Assembly: GCA_011109175.1 (NCBI GenBank)
Contig: RDEW01000014.1
Span: 682,001-746,000, forward strand
Source of the DNA: Dicyema japonicum
Lineage: Eukaryota > Animalia > Dicyemida
Direction: 5' to 3'
DNA length: 64,000 bases
The position numbers and the translations under genes were made by a program. Below the pieces are notes generated by a model. The model had not been told where the DNA came from, did not search any database, and was given only the letters and a program-made list of their open reading frames with translations. This document shows positions 14,458-27,290 of the stretch, piece after piece. Each line of letters begins with the position of its first letter. The stretch's first letter is position 1.

Positions 14458-16505
14458 TTAGTTAGTGTAAATCAAGTACTTATTAATGGTACTCAATACT
14501 TTATGCTTTTTTGAGGGTGTATGTGGATTTTTCCTAAAAGTAAACATCAAAGTGACCTCTCCACTCTCATTGACTAGCGAAGTCACTACTTTTTCTCCAA
14601 TGGCCAACTGACTTTTGTGGTTCCAGACTATGTCGCATTCACCTGGGGTCTTTCCTTCACATAAAATTCTCATTTTTGTTCCAGCTTTAAGTGTGTAATT
14701 GTTGAAATTGAAGTTGTTCACCTCCTGATCATTTACACACTGAATGATCTTCCACCCATCCAGTTTCTCGTCCTTCATTATAGACTAACCAAATAACTTT
14801 GTAAGGATTTGAGTTCTCAATAGAAATGTAGGATCCGTCTACATCACAAGAGCTAATTAAAACAGATCCTTTGCTGCTTTTTTGGTAAGTCGATCGTTTC
14901 ATGGGAGACGACTCCTCTGAAAATAAATATAGTAAGGTACTCGTTTTGCTGTCATACCTCGCAAAATTCACATTCCTTTCCTGCTCATTACTACCAAATG
15001 AGCTCTTTTAATAAAACCGATTTTCTTCATACTCAATAAGCTTCCTGTAGGCCAATATCTCCATCTGGAGAGACATGTTGTCGTCGGTTATGGTCTGCAT
15101 CTCAGATAGGGTATGCTCCATCATTCTCCCCATTTCATCAATCTCAATGCTCTTCTCAACCAACATTTTGTCAAAATTTGAATTCAGGTCATTAATTGAA
15201 TTTTGTAGTTCATTGTTCTTCATTTTAAGTGTAGCATTCTAAAATAAGAAGACTCTCAACCTCCTGATCTTTGGAGGCAATTTTATTTTTCAGATCAACG
15301 TTGGCGGATTTTACGGAGGAAAATTGTTCTTTAATGTGACTAGATTCGAAGACGTCCATACTTTTCCCATACTGGACATCTTGGATCTTAAAATTATATA
15401 TTTTAAAATTTTAAACTTTCAAATTATAAAACGACTCCATTTCGTCTCGAATGGAGGATATACGATTGTCGTACTCTTCTTGGATTTCTGCAATACAATT
15501 GGAGAACTCATTTGACCACCACTCTCGGCATTGTCCGATCGGGTTGCTCTTTACCATTTCATTGAGTTCTTTGACTTCCTTGACATGAACGACAAATAAT
15601 AACCTTCGAATGAACGTCTTTCATGAATTCAAGCTCCTCATAAAGTGACTGGCATCTGTTTTGAATATCAACACGTGCTAGAGTCTCATTTGTAAGTTCC
15701 TGATATTTGAATCTCGTATAATTACATTTTTTAAAATCGCCAAATCAGTCCGTAACTTTTCTAAGCTGTTCTTATTCCTCTGTTTTTCATCAGTGAGGTT
15801 GTTATTCTGTTTCTTGAGCAAGCATAGTTCCCCCTCGAACATTGAAAGTTTGCAATTTTGGTCTTCGACCTGTTTCGTTAGGTCTTCGTTTACGTTCTCC
15901 AACTCGTTAATCCTAACAATTGGCAAAATGTCAAATAATAAAAAATTAGCATCATAATGTCCTCAATGTTGACAAAATACGTCAATATCAGTGACAATCT
16001 ATAGAACTTACATTGTTTGCAATTCTTCGATGGTCTCGGACTGAGATTGATTTTTCAGAATTTCCTTCATCTTTTCCTGTTCTGTGTCGTCGAGCAATTT
16101 TCGCATTTGTTTAAGTTCCCCTTCATACATTTCTTTGCTGGAACTGTTGTCGTTGCACACCCTCTCCTTCATCTCCCTCAACTCGTGCATAAGTTTTTTA
16201 TTCTCCGCTTCGTTGTATCGAGATTTTTCGATATAATGTGCAAGACGACTGTTAAGCTCCTTCATCTCTGTTTTCCATACTGTATTTTCTTGAACTTTTG
16301 AAGACTTCGACCTCGGAATTTGACTCTTTACGGTTTGTGGCACCATACTGTATTCCACAGTTTTGCTGTTCATGCACCCTCTAGAAGACTGACTTTTCAA
16401 ATAATTTTTAGATTTCAGCGAGTTGTTCAACCGATTTTGGGATTTTGCCCGATACTTCCCACTCGAGACAGTTGTATTTGTTGACATTGTAGCTCTAGAA
16501 AACAT
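14458..16505 (-). CDS. Cytoplasmic intermediate filament protein with lamin-tail domain (protostome type)
   Basis: Rod ends ELNSRLAHYIEK and EILAYRKLIEYEENR, REWWSNEF linker, LTD KGSVLISSCDVDGSYISIEN. No C-terminal CaaX. First intron is 99 nt (15913-16011), the others 22-29 nt. Confidence 0.9.
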
Positions 16506-17249
16506 CAATCAGCGAACCAATATTAATGCCAATAGCGCTATCACTTATAAATCGAATCTAAATCGCCAAATATGGATTGCTTGTCACATGGGTTAGTTTG
16601 ATACTGAAAACACTGATTAATTGTTTTATTTTGCCTTTTTATGCGTATTATATCTGTAAATAATCGTCATAACTGACCACATATATGAGTTATTTCAGAT
16701 CATTAAGATATATTATTAAGCAAAAAAGGTAAGGTCATCTGTTATTTTATTATGGGTCATTTCTAGAGATAGTTTTCAAGAAGAGACAATTCAATCTGTC
16801 TTGGTTTGAGGCAAATGTCCTTAGACGATGACTTTTTAAAGAAACTTCAAGATTACCAAGAAAGAAGGTGTCAAAGCCAACTAATTAAATTATCCCAGTT
16901 TCTAGTAACTCCCTGACTCCACTAGAGTGATCTGATGGTGATCCCACCGCCTTCAGTTAGTGTCCCCAACATTTCTGCAGAGAGGAACTTGATCAAGATG
17001 TTCTTCTTCACAACCGATTTGTAGTTCACGCTCTTTTCTGTACCTACGACGCAGAATTTGAAGAGACGTGAGTTTTTTGGAATTTACGCGTTTCAGCGGT
17101 TTCCATCGGGGATCGAAAGAAACGATCAGAGTTGAGAGTGAGGAAACCAGATCCACTAGACTTGTCAAGGAGAGAGGGGAAGAATTGAGTAGAGAAGTTT
17201 AGTAGACGGACCATTTTTTTTAGAGAATTTGTGATCTCCTAACTTAAAA

Positions 17250-19665
17250 GTGAGATTTCATAAGCTCAAGAAGCACATGCGTACTCCACCATCGGTTTTC
17301 GAAGCTGACTGTATAAGGTGGAAACAAATTCTTGCGATGTCTTTATCCCGGATTTCAAAAATATTTTTTAATGTCAAGTTTTTGGAGACCTTTTGTCAGA
17401 ACGCTCTTCACATGTTGAGGAAAAAGAATTTCTAGACTATCTTCTTGTCTCCTGTCGGTGGTAAAAATAGTATATGTGAGTTTTCCTGGGGATACGTAAA
17501 GTCAGTTCGAAGTCATCCAAGCCCCGAGGTTGGATAGGTGTGACTGAAGTTCTAATTTTGCCATATTCACAGATCTGCTTCGGCTTACAATAATTAAATC
17601 ATCTGGTTAAAATCATTAACTCAACCTCTCCAGGGCAAGGAGAGTCGAATAAGTTGAAAAGTGATGGAGGAGGGGAAATCTTTGAAGGACACCATTTGGG
17701 AGGAGACAGGATCTTGATCTTGAATTGTATGTACATACACGTCCCCCATCCGGTGAGGAGGTAGGCTATCCTACGTTTTAAAATCGGATGAATTGAAGTT
17801 TTGAAGACTTTTCGTTAATAAGTTTGTCCGAGGATGCCACCCAGGTCGTTGAAGCTCTTATTGTTTATTTATTTTATTTAAAACCCAAGACCACGGTAAA
17901 CCAAACTAATTATCACGTGATCCCGATGCATTCCAACAGTGACCTTATCTTTACCAGGTATTCCTCCCTCGCCCCCACATGATCGTACAGAACAACGGCT
18001 GGCTGAATTTACGGGGTCGCATTCCCAAATTCTAGAATCTAGTTTCATAAGAGTCAGAGGGGTTGGTCCGGTTCGGTGATCTCCACAAATCTAACGCTCC
18101 GTTACTTTGAAAGCCCTCTTTCGCATTTTCCCGATCTTCCTCATAAGAGATAAATTGTGTCTATTAAATAAAAATAATTAAACAAAGAAAATTAATTTGT
18201 TAATTTGATGTTTTAAATTTAGTAATAATAATTATTATTGGCAACAATAATTAATCATATTAACTATCATCCTTGTGCTTGTTCTTTCACAGTACGGAGT
18301 TGTGGGGAACATCGACCGGAATGACTCATTTGGATGCCCTTATGCGACTGGACTCCAGAATGCGGCCCCGTAAATTTAGTCAACCGCCTAGTGGGGTCAT
18401 GTGCGGGCACGAGGGAGGAACACTGGGCAAAGATGAGGTCACTATTAAAATGCATCGGGATCATGTGATAATTGGTTTGGTTTTACAAAGATATTCTATC
18501 GAATATGCCGTTACAACATGACTTTAGAGAAATTTAATCCGTTCTGGGTTTTTGCCAAACCTAGAAATCTGAAAACTACTCTGTTTGACTGATTTCCACA
18601 TGGAATTCAACTCAATCCCAAGAAAGATTGTCATCTAGAAGATTGTACAAACGGAAATTTTAGAAGTTTTAAACTCTGGCTGGCTAGCGTTTGCCTGGGA
18701 ATTTAAAATAAACACAACGGCTTCTTCCGAAGACTGTCCTCAATTGATTTCACTATCTCCTCTTTTGTTAACTTATATTTGTTCGACCTCCCTACAGCAA
18801 GAAATGAGTTTTTATTACTTACTCCAATGTCGTAATTCTGCCCTCACTCGATCTGGACATTACGATATGGTTTTTCGCACAGACCGGGACACATGAAGAC
18901 TGTACTTTGTTCCATTGACATCCACGAAGCTTTTGACTCTGTGTCAAGGAGGATTCTTACTTGGAAAATTTACCAAAGATCCCTGGAAAGCATAAGCTCT
19001 GGTTAGCTAACTTCCTTAGTGGTCAGAGGGGACGCGTTTGCATTTGCCAATCAAGATCTATTTCCCGGCTTCTTCCTAATGGTGTTCCCCAAGGATCCCC
19101 TTTGTCTCCGTTACTATTCAATCTATCCATGGAGGATATCTCCACACCGAATGCCGAAAATGGTATTCTTCTAACTTATGCCGACGACATTGTAACTAGG
19201 TCACGTGATCAGGACATTTAGATCCCCACTTCGAGATTACAGCAAAATCTTGACTTCTTGACGAATTTGAAGAATCGCTAGAAAAGAAGACTAATGTCTT
19301 GAAATGTCTCACTAACTTATGGGAGTACGGAAATCATCCTATTTTGGGTATTATATACAAACAATACATTGAACCATGCAATTCTTACGCATATGATATC
19401 TGGGGCTCATTCATCTTTTGGACAAATGTCTTGAAGATCGAGGCTAGCTGACAAAAGACCCTCCAAAATAACAGAACATGAATTTCTTGAGAGTTCCAGC
19501 TACCAATGCTTCTTGAAGCCATGATACGCATGAACCTAGGAACGTGCCGTCGTGACTACACCTGCTTGTGTGGGGTCGAAGGAGGAGCATCGAGCCAAAA
19601 TGAGGTCCTGCTAAAACGTGTAAGATCACGTGATTAGTCAGTTTGTGTAACCATGGTCTCTGGTG
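17250..19665. mobile_element. Cluster of Jockey/I-like LINE RT and 3' fragments in both orientations
   Basis: GVPQGSPLSPLLFNL and LTYADDI at 18961-19221 (+), a related minus-strand remnant near 17600-17870, and shared 3' termini at about 17880, 18460 and 19625. Confidence 0.75.
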
Positions 19666-20489
19666 TAATTATCATCACCCCCTTTTTACATCGGGAAGAG
19701 ACCGGATAGTCAATCTCAAAGCAAAAAATACCAATTTTTTTTCAATGAACCCACAACTTTTTTGAGTGTGTCTCTAGAGGAACGAAACCATAGTATCCAG
19801 TAAATGGCATACAGAGTGACGGGACAGTGGACACTAGAAATAAACGAGTGTCAGCAGATACTACGGAAATCCTAATTTGTCTAAACAGTTCAAAGTCACC
19901 GTTACAATTTTACATTTTTGCGCAGGCTGAAAGGAGGAACATCAAGCCAAGTTGAGGGCTACGCTGATACTGGTCGGGATTTTATTCAGTTCTAGTTTCT
20001 ACCTGCGGTCTTTTGGAATAAATTCGTTTATTTATTCAAACATCATTTAAGAAGGGAATTATTTTAATCTTTTAAACCCTACTTATTTAAACGGAAGTCT
20101 TTATTATTAATTGAAAGTAATTTTTATTTTTGGAAGTGAAACATGTGCGAACTAATCAAACATCATCAAAATATCACTTTTAAAATACGCACTTAATAAT
20201 TTTTCACCAATTTTGTGTTCATTATTAGATCCTGCTAAGAGAAAAAACTCCCCATATTTAAGCTCTTCCTTGCAGAGCAGCTAGTAGCGTGAACCTACAG
20301 GAAGTGCATGGATCCCATTAGAAGCAGCGAGCGAAGATGAGATGGTTGCTGATAGAAGTCGGGATTACCAGGTCTCCGCGTGTGTTACTTATTTTAATAG
20401 TTATTATTAAGTTTATTAAAAAATTTAAATTCTTTCGTTTAAAGGAAAAGGTCCATTGTCACTGTAAACTGTTAAATTTGAGTTTTACT

Positions 20490-20770
20490 CTCTTAAGAGT
20501 TTTACAACATTTTGAAAAATTTTCTAAGAAAAAATCATATTTTTTATTAATTGGCCACAATTTTTGATTTAATTTTCCAATACAAATTGGAAAAAAATAA
20601 CAAATGTCTTCAAATGCTTCTAGTGGATTCGCCTTACTTTTAATGAAAAAACTCTAATTGTAAATTATCAAGAAAATGATGCTATTTAATTTTGATATTC
20701 AGATAAAGAATGACAAACTACAAAGCAAGTATTATTGACGCAAAAAATAGTTAGGAATTAAATTTTAATT
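20490..20770. repeat. Inverted partial copy of the inner MITE at 26538-27290, lacking the CRE insertion
   Basis: attggccacaattt..caatacaaattggaaaaaaataa and acaaagcaagtattattga match the reverse complement of 27160-27255 and 26660-26705. Confidence 0.6.
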
Positions 20771-20779
20771 CAATAATAA

Positions 20780-21114
20780 TAATTAAGCACTACCGCGTTG
20801 CCATAAGCACGTAAGATGCCTAGGGTTTCGCTAGTGCAGAACACACACTTTATTTAAGTAAAGAACAGTTATTAAAACTAATCGTAGAGGGAGAATCAAG
20901 GAATGCTATTCACTTATTTGTTTTTTCTTTTTCTTGTGTGTATGTCCTATTAACTATCCAGTTGCGCAGTGAATCTCCACTGATGACGGCGTCACTCGTC
21001 AAGCGCTTTCCGCATCGTAGATGCGTGGAACCTTCCACCAGATGAACAGCAGCGAGAATCGAACCCGTGACCTAAGCCACTTTAGCCCGACACCTAACCA
21101 CTATGCCACTCGAC
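20780..21114 (-). mobile_element. SINE family A, full-length copy
   Basis: A-box TGGCATAGTGG and B-box GGTTCGATTCT, conserved body, and an (ATT)n tail. Confidence 0.8.
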
Positions 21115-21959
21115 TTTTTTTAGTTATTTCAATAAATTAAAAATATATGTCTGGTGTAGTTGATTTTATGTCTGTTTTTTCAAGTATGGAAACAAATCCT
21201 GATGACCTTCCTACTGATTTGATAGAAGAAAATACACGATCCGAAGTAGGATATTTGGCTCCAGGGCTGCATGAATTACCTGGGGTTAGTAGTGGATTAC
21301 AACGGCCTTTATCTGACCATCTATTACCTTTGAGGACAGTGATTGCCAGTGTTTGTAACAATGACAAGTGCCAGTGGACGAGTAAAGTTGTCGGTTGTTC
21401 CAAAGTAAGATTTTTGGAGGATTCCTCGTTGCTCCAAAGCGAGATTGGAAATTAGATAACTGGGAAAAAGACTCATAATTCATGAACCGAGGAGAGTATT
21501 CAGGAAAGATAATTATGAGTTCGAATTAAACAGAAGGAGATTCTATCGAACTCTTACCGGTGATGCTCAGCGTATTGTGTGTGTAGTGGGAAAAGATGAG
21601 TGTTTATTTTTTTGGAAAACTGTGTGGGAAAAAGTTGAAAGTCAAAGATCTTTTAACGTTGTCGGAAAATGTATAACTGGGGTGGAATAGTCTCCAGTGG
21701 ATATAACACGTGACTTTATCAATTGAATGTTCACCGAATTGGAAATAATCTTCTAAGGAACAAAAAATGGGCAATTTGCGGGGGTCGACTGCATTACATT
21801 ACGTGATATACCAATTAATCATCATTTATGCGGTTAATACGTCAATTAAACGACCTGAATATTGAAATCTGAGTCAACTATGGATTAATTGGATAACAGT
21901 TTTATTTAATTAAAATTAATCAATTAATTAACACAACAAACCATCAAAAGTAGTCCTTC

Positions 21960-22110
21960 AACATTATCTGCGTTGCATTGCTTCTCTCGATTGCAACAGA
22001 GATCAGCTGGAAAACCCACCGAGTCTCAGGCTTTTTAGTGTAGCTAGGCGTCCATGTTTCTTTAGGAGACGAAGCGATTTACCATTTTTTCCTCCAGTTG
22101 TCTCAACAAC
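21960..22110 (-). mobile_element. CRE-type 3' fragment
   Basis: Reverse complement matches 24085-24150 (gagactcggtgg...gttgcaatcg..agagg/agcaa), the SVAIxRGNA-type end of the RLE domain. Confidence 0.5.
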
Positions 22111-22211
22111 AATGGGGGATTAATTTATATTCATGGGAAGGGGAAAATTCCTACAAAAGATGATGGATTAATTTATATTCAAATAACAAGGATGACAACA
22201 AAAACTGTAAA

Positions 22212-22520
22212 AACTGCATTTTTACGCAGAGTCACATTAGCTATAGCTCCTCTCAAGCACTTTATTTAAGTAAAAACAGTTATGATAAGTAATCGTAGAG
22301 GGAGAACTAGAGAATGCTCTTCACTGCTTTTTTTATTTTTGTTGCGTGTATGTCCTCTATAGACAATCCAATTCTGTAGTGAAATGTTCACTGATGACGG
22401 CATCATTTGTTGAGCCAAATGATCGTAGATGCGTGGAACCTTCAACCGGAATGTACAGCAGCAAGATTAGAACTAGCGACCATCAGGGCTCTTGTCAGGC
22501 ACTCGTTACACTGCACCACA
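22212..22520 (-). mobile_element. SINE family A, full-length copy
   Basis: Head gtggtgcagtgtaacgagtgcc, body, and tail gtgactctgcgtaaaatgcag. Confidence 0.8.
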
Positions 22521-22671
22521 AGGATAGCGTCATTCGAAATTATTAACATGAAAAATTCTCATTCAATCTATTTGAAAAGTGCGGTAACTGGACAGAATAT
22601 TATCGCTTAATTAGCGTAAATATTGACAATTTCAATCAGCTTATCACAACTTAAGGCATTTCACTAAAAAT

Positions 22672-23493
22672 ATGGAGACCTTGAAAGTTATTTTGAACGA
22701 AGATGATAAAAATGACATCCAAATGAAAGTAAAAAAGTTAAAAGTTCAATTTTTAATTAGTCATATTTTATTTGATGTTTTGGAGAAGATGTATCGAAAA
22801 CTACACTCCATCACGTTTGACACATTCGATGTTGAGGATTTCTCCAATATTTTAATCTCCATAGTTGAAAGCTGCAAAAATATCGAAAAAAGCTCCACAG
22901 AAGTAGACAATTTTGTTTGCTTATGGTTTTCTCACTTTAGATGTGTTTGGCTGTCGTATCTACGTGGGTTCAACTATTGGAGTTCAAAAAATTGAATTAT
23001 TTCATTGGAAAATTTGAGGAAACGTATTGAATTATTATAAAAGTGAATTAAAGGCCAAAATTAATCAAATTAATCGTTTTCTGTTTACTAACTGTTAGAA
23101 GAATGTTTGAAGCATTTCGAGGACTTTGATCAAAACCAAGTAGTTAATTCCAAGGTCATTTTTAGCAATTTAGAATTCATGAAGAATCGCCTAAAATGAG
23201 TCTGTTTGTTTATTTCTATTTCAGAGAAAAGAAGCTTCTCAAGTAGATCCTCATTTATTCTGCGGAAATGGCTATTTGAAAATTCCACTGTATTTCTAGT
23301 GACTGTTAAATAGAACCCCTACCCTTCAGAAAAAGAAAAAATTGAATTACTTAACGAAACCAAACTGACCAGAGTACAGCTTAATAATTGGTTCATTAAT
23401 GCCAGAAGAAGAGCTCTTTATCGCGATTATCAACGGAAGTACAAACGTAGAACCCCTTATAAGTTAGTGTATTATGGTACTTTACTCGGATAA
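22672..23493 (+). CDS. TALE-class homeobox protein, Meis/PKNOX-like
   Basis: Homeodomain [11 protein letters not shown]|[21 protein letters not shown] with a 24-nt intron at 23290-23313. N-terminal [13 protein letters not shown]|[12 protein letters not shown] resembles the MEINOX domain. Middle exons are unresolved. Confidence 0.85.
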
Positions 23494-24654
23494 TTTTATT
23501 TTTGGCATTTTTTTCTTTAAAAATAATCTTTAATTCAGTTTTTATTTAGTAGAGTCTTTCCAGGTGGTTAAATGCAAGGAGGAGTCCCCTTCGGAAGATT
23601 TATGTATGTGCTCACAAATATTCTCTCAAGCGTCTCCTTTCACAGAACAGACCGAATGTATCTACTAATTCGTGTAATACTTGATAAACCTCCATATAAT
23701 CCATACAGTATTAAAATCCATCTAACTGATCTCTGTGAACGGCCGTCATGGTCTGTTAGGTTCTTGTCATCCATCAGTTTCTTCCACTTGATAGACAAGG
23801 GACATTAGGAGACTTCTCCATTATCACTTATTACAATCAATTCTTTGTAAGAAATAGATTTACAATTACTAATGACCGTAAATTGCCCTTAAAGGGACAA
23901 GTGAGCTGTGACAGTCTCGTAAAAGTGATATTTTTGTCCAGATGTGGACAGTCGTAGTGTGAACCTGTGGTCTTTTTAGGAGATTCACTGTTCCTCTAAT
24001 TGCTAGTGATTGAAATGACATTTTGAAGTTATAATCTAAGTTTTTTTTATGACCAATCTGAAGAGTTTTAAAAACGACTCACGTGAGACTCGGTGGCTTC
24101 TCCAGTAAATCTTCGTTGCAATCGTAAGAGGCAACGCAACGCCAATGATGTCGGCGGGGATTATTTTTGGTTGGTTTTAGAAATGATTTTGATTCACCTA
24201 AAGGACAAACTTCAGACAAAACATTAGCAACAAATCAGGCTCAGCTGCCATGAGAAAGTAAGTATTGGCGCAAATGATGGCTGTAAAAACCATAAGACAC
24301 AATTGACTGATTAAGTAGGTAACTTTCGAACTTAAATATTTGTAAGACAGTGAGACATTCATAGGGAAATACTGTGGAAGTAATCTTGAGTTTGAAGTGA
24401 AGTAATTATTTATACTTAAATAACTCAAACCGTCATTTTATTTTTTTCAATTAAGGCGCTGAATATTCATGGATGGGAAAAAGTTATTGATTAGTTTTTT
24501 TGATATTTGGCCCTGAACTTCACCGCATAAAGGTCAATCACGACGAAACGTTTAGTGTCACATGCCATTATGGATACAAAAAATAAACGTTACAGTGTCA
24601 CCTTTTTTTAATTTTATTAAGTCAATTAAAGATAAAAATTAACAGTTAGCAATT

Positions 24655-24775
24655 GCTGCTGCTATATTTACGCATTTCCCCTGACGATTTGCAAGGAAAT
24701 GCGCTCAATTAGCCAGCTCCTTTCTCTTCCATCATTTTCATATTCGCGATGAGCGATACGATTTTGTTTAACAGG
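24655..24775 (-). mobile_element. CRE-type 3' fragment
   Basis: RERSWLIERISLQIVRGNA matches the C-terminus of 26718-26983. Confidence 0.65.
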
Positions 24776-25714
24776 GTCAGTGATCTTTATTGTCTTTATT
24801 ATTAATACAAAATAAAATAAAAAGTTAATACAGTGGCCCTGAGTGACCATATTTACCACCATAATGGCATGCGAAAATTAATAATAGAGGTTAAAATCTG
24901 GTTCATATTCTTGGTGGTCATCAATTTGTCGAAAATACTTGAATGTGAGAAAATTTTGTGGTCAAAGAAAAAAATAGATTTATAAATGCCAAAAAATTAA
25001 TTTTAAATGGCCATCCTCAAAATGTCACTCAATGTAGAAATTGTGGTTTGACGTTAACATGTTGTTAGAAAAGATTAAGACCAGTGAGGGTGACTGTATA
25101 GAAGAAAATGGCAGCCTTCCAGATGAAAGGATGTGATCCGCTTTCATACTTCAAGATTATTAAATAATGAGTGGATGATGAAGGACCCAGGCACATCAAG
25201 GCTAGAGATGGTATTTCAACTGTCCCTAACCTTAATTAATTTTTGTGTTAATAATAACCTCCTTGTCGATCGGGGATCGCTTAGTTAGCTGAGCATATTC
25301 TTTTTAACCATGTGATCCCCGGATAATAAAATAAATAAGCTTATAGACGTCTCTTATTATTAATGATTTACTACTTTTATTTACAATTATGTAAAATAAA
25401 GACAAAAATTAACAATAAAATTAATAATAAAATTTTTACTCGACATGTGTTTGGTACATGATCACGAACAAAGAAGGCTCATTTTTATGCAACAAATATT
25501 CAGAGTTTGTAGTCAACTTAGATGGGGAATTTTTTTGTTCAAATTGTTCGAAGGTTTTGCTGATACACATCATAAAACCGTGAAACATTTAAAATAAAAA
25601 AGTATCTCATTTTTTTATTTTTGGATGGCATGGGATCGGTTAAAAGTATGCAGACATTCTTGTCGTATACTTCCAGTGATAGTTGGCCAATGAGTGACAG
25701 GTAAGCCACATGAC

Positions 25715-26450
25715 ACCATGTCAGTTAGTTAAGCAACCCCAGCTTCACTATCTTGTAGAGACCAGCGGTTATTGAGTAGGAGGAACCAAATTCCGGTCGC
25801 TCCCATAGATCGGACAGTCTTAGCATCATATACGAACATTTTAATAACTCAGGAAATTCAAAAAGGTGGTTTGCTGTCAAATAGGAGAGGTTACAGAAGG
25901 AACAAAGGACATCTTTTACATCATCCAGTTTACACACGTACATCGGTAGAAAGGGGTGGTGCCCACATCGTAGAAGAGCCATATTTACCCTGATGTCCCA
26001 AGGAAGAGAGGACTGTGATTGGTCTATTGGAGGATGGGGCCGGCGTAGTATTTTATTATCATCGAGTCTTCTGATGGTTCTGGTAGAACATCGTGTATTT
26101 GTTTTAACGACGCCGGTCATTGGTGTTGGAAGGGATGGATGATGTAATTCGATACAGGTCACTCGTTGTCATAATATTTTTTCTTTTGTTAAAGGATTTG
26201 CATAGATAGTGACAAGTATGGTCTGGGATGTAGCCTTGGAAGAGGAACTGCAGAGCTCTCATTTCCAAATGATCTCCAATGGTAAAGATTTCAGAATCCC
26301 AGTGAAGATGATCAATAGGAGTTGATATGAGACATCCATTAATTGTTCTGAGCGCGATGTTTTAGACTTTTTGTAGTTTGTCGATAGAAGTGAGGGAGAC
26401 AAAGGTTGACCAACAAGGACATGCATAGTCAATTGTGGTTCGAATGAATT
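25715..26450 (-). mobile_element. LINE 3' fragment with C-terminal Cys/His motif
   Basis: PPIDQSQSSLP..RVNMALLRCGHH..C..C..HLF..DLWERP. Paralogous to 49260-49897. Confidence 0.75.
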
Positions 26451-26537
26451 GTTTATACAGTCCGACCTCAATTTGGAACAACAAACGATACAAAAACCGA
26501 GGTTGTCAAAAATTGAGGTTTTAACTCAAAATTTATA

Positions 26538-27290
26538 CAGCCGAACCTCGCAAATTAGCCATTTTGGGTTCCTTAGAATTTGTGGCCAATTTGAAAAAAA
26601 TGAAAAAAAAAAAATTTAAAAATGTCATAAATGAACAAAAATGTATTTAATTTTTTAAAATTTAATTCTTAACTGGTTTTTTTGCTTCAATAATACTTGC
26701 TTTGTACTTTTTATTAAAAAAAAGAGAGTAAACGGTTATATAGCGCTGCCCTGACTGCGTGGCTATTTCCTCTCAGGATGGCGAGCGATATTCGCTCAAA
26801 TAACCAGCAGCGCTCACGAAGGTTTCCTGTTCGTGTAGCGATCCGATTCCCTAGACGACTCAAGAATTCCAGCGTCGCAGGCGCAATGGAACCAGACGTC
26901 TCAACGGCGAGTGGAACAAACAAAAAATCCTTGGGTAAGACCGCGTACTTTTCCCGTTTCATTTTCTCGGCTTTCTCAGCGGCACTTTTTATTAAATAAA
27001 TTAAGAAACTTCAATCTCAACATTGGCTAAGAGTTCAACCTCTATTGCAGATAATCTAACTAAAATATTTTTTTGCCTCCAGAGATTGTCAAACGGTGTG
27101 CCGCGGAACACGAGTATATCGCCCAAGAGAAAAATTCGAAGACATGTGTTAATAAAATTTTTATTTTTTTCCAATTTGTATTAAAAATTAAATTAAAAAT
27201 TGTGGCCAATTAATAAGAATAAGATTTTTTCTTAAAAAATTTTTCAAATGTGGTCAATTTAAAGATTAGTCAATTTGCGACGGTTGACTG
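26538..27290. mobile_element. Inner TA-flanked MITE (pogo-like)
   Basis: TA|CAGCCGAACCTCGCAAATT versus reverse-complemented TA|CAGTCAACCGTCGCAAATT. Confidence 0.55.
26718..26983 (-). mobile_element. 5'-truncated CRE-type insertion with 12-bp TSD
   Basis: Open frame KREKY..FVPLAVETSG..WLFERISLAILRGN, flanked by actttttattaa at 26706-26717 and 26984-26995. Confidence 0.85.

Noticed and set aside
14458-16505. Nuclear lamin
   Set aside because: No C-terminal CaaX or clear NLS between rod and tail, and the linker sequence fits protostome cytoplasmic IF proteins.
21050-21114. Possible tRNA gene (also 3085-3145, 42870-42925, 62398-62455)
   Set aside because: A/B boxes are present but there is no convincing cloverleaf, and each runs into a repeated SINE body.
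21147-21455. 102-aa plus-strand ORF as a host gene
   Set aside because: No recognisable motif. The opposite strand shows weak CRE-like remnants, so it is probably an antisense shadow.
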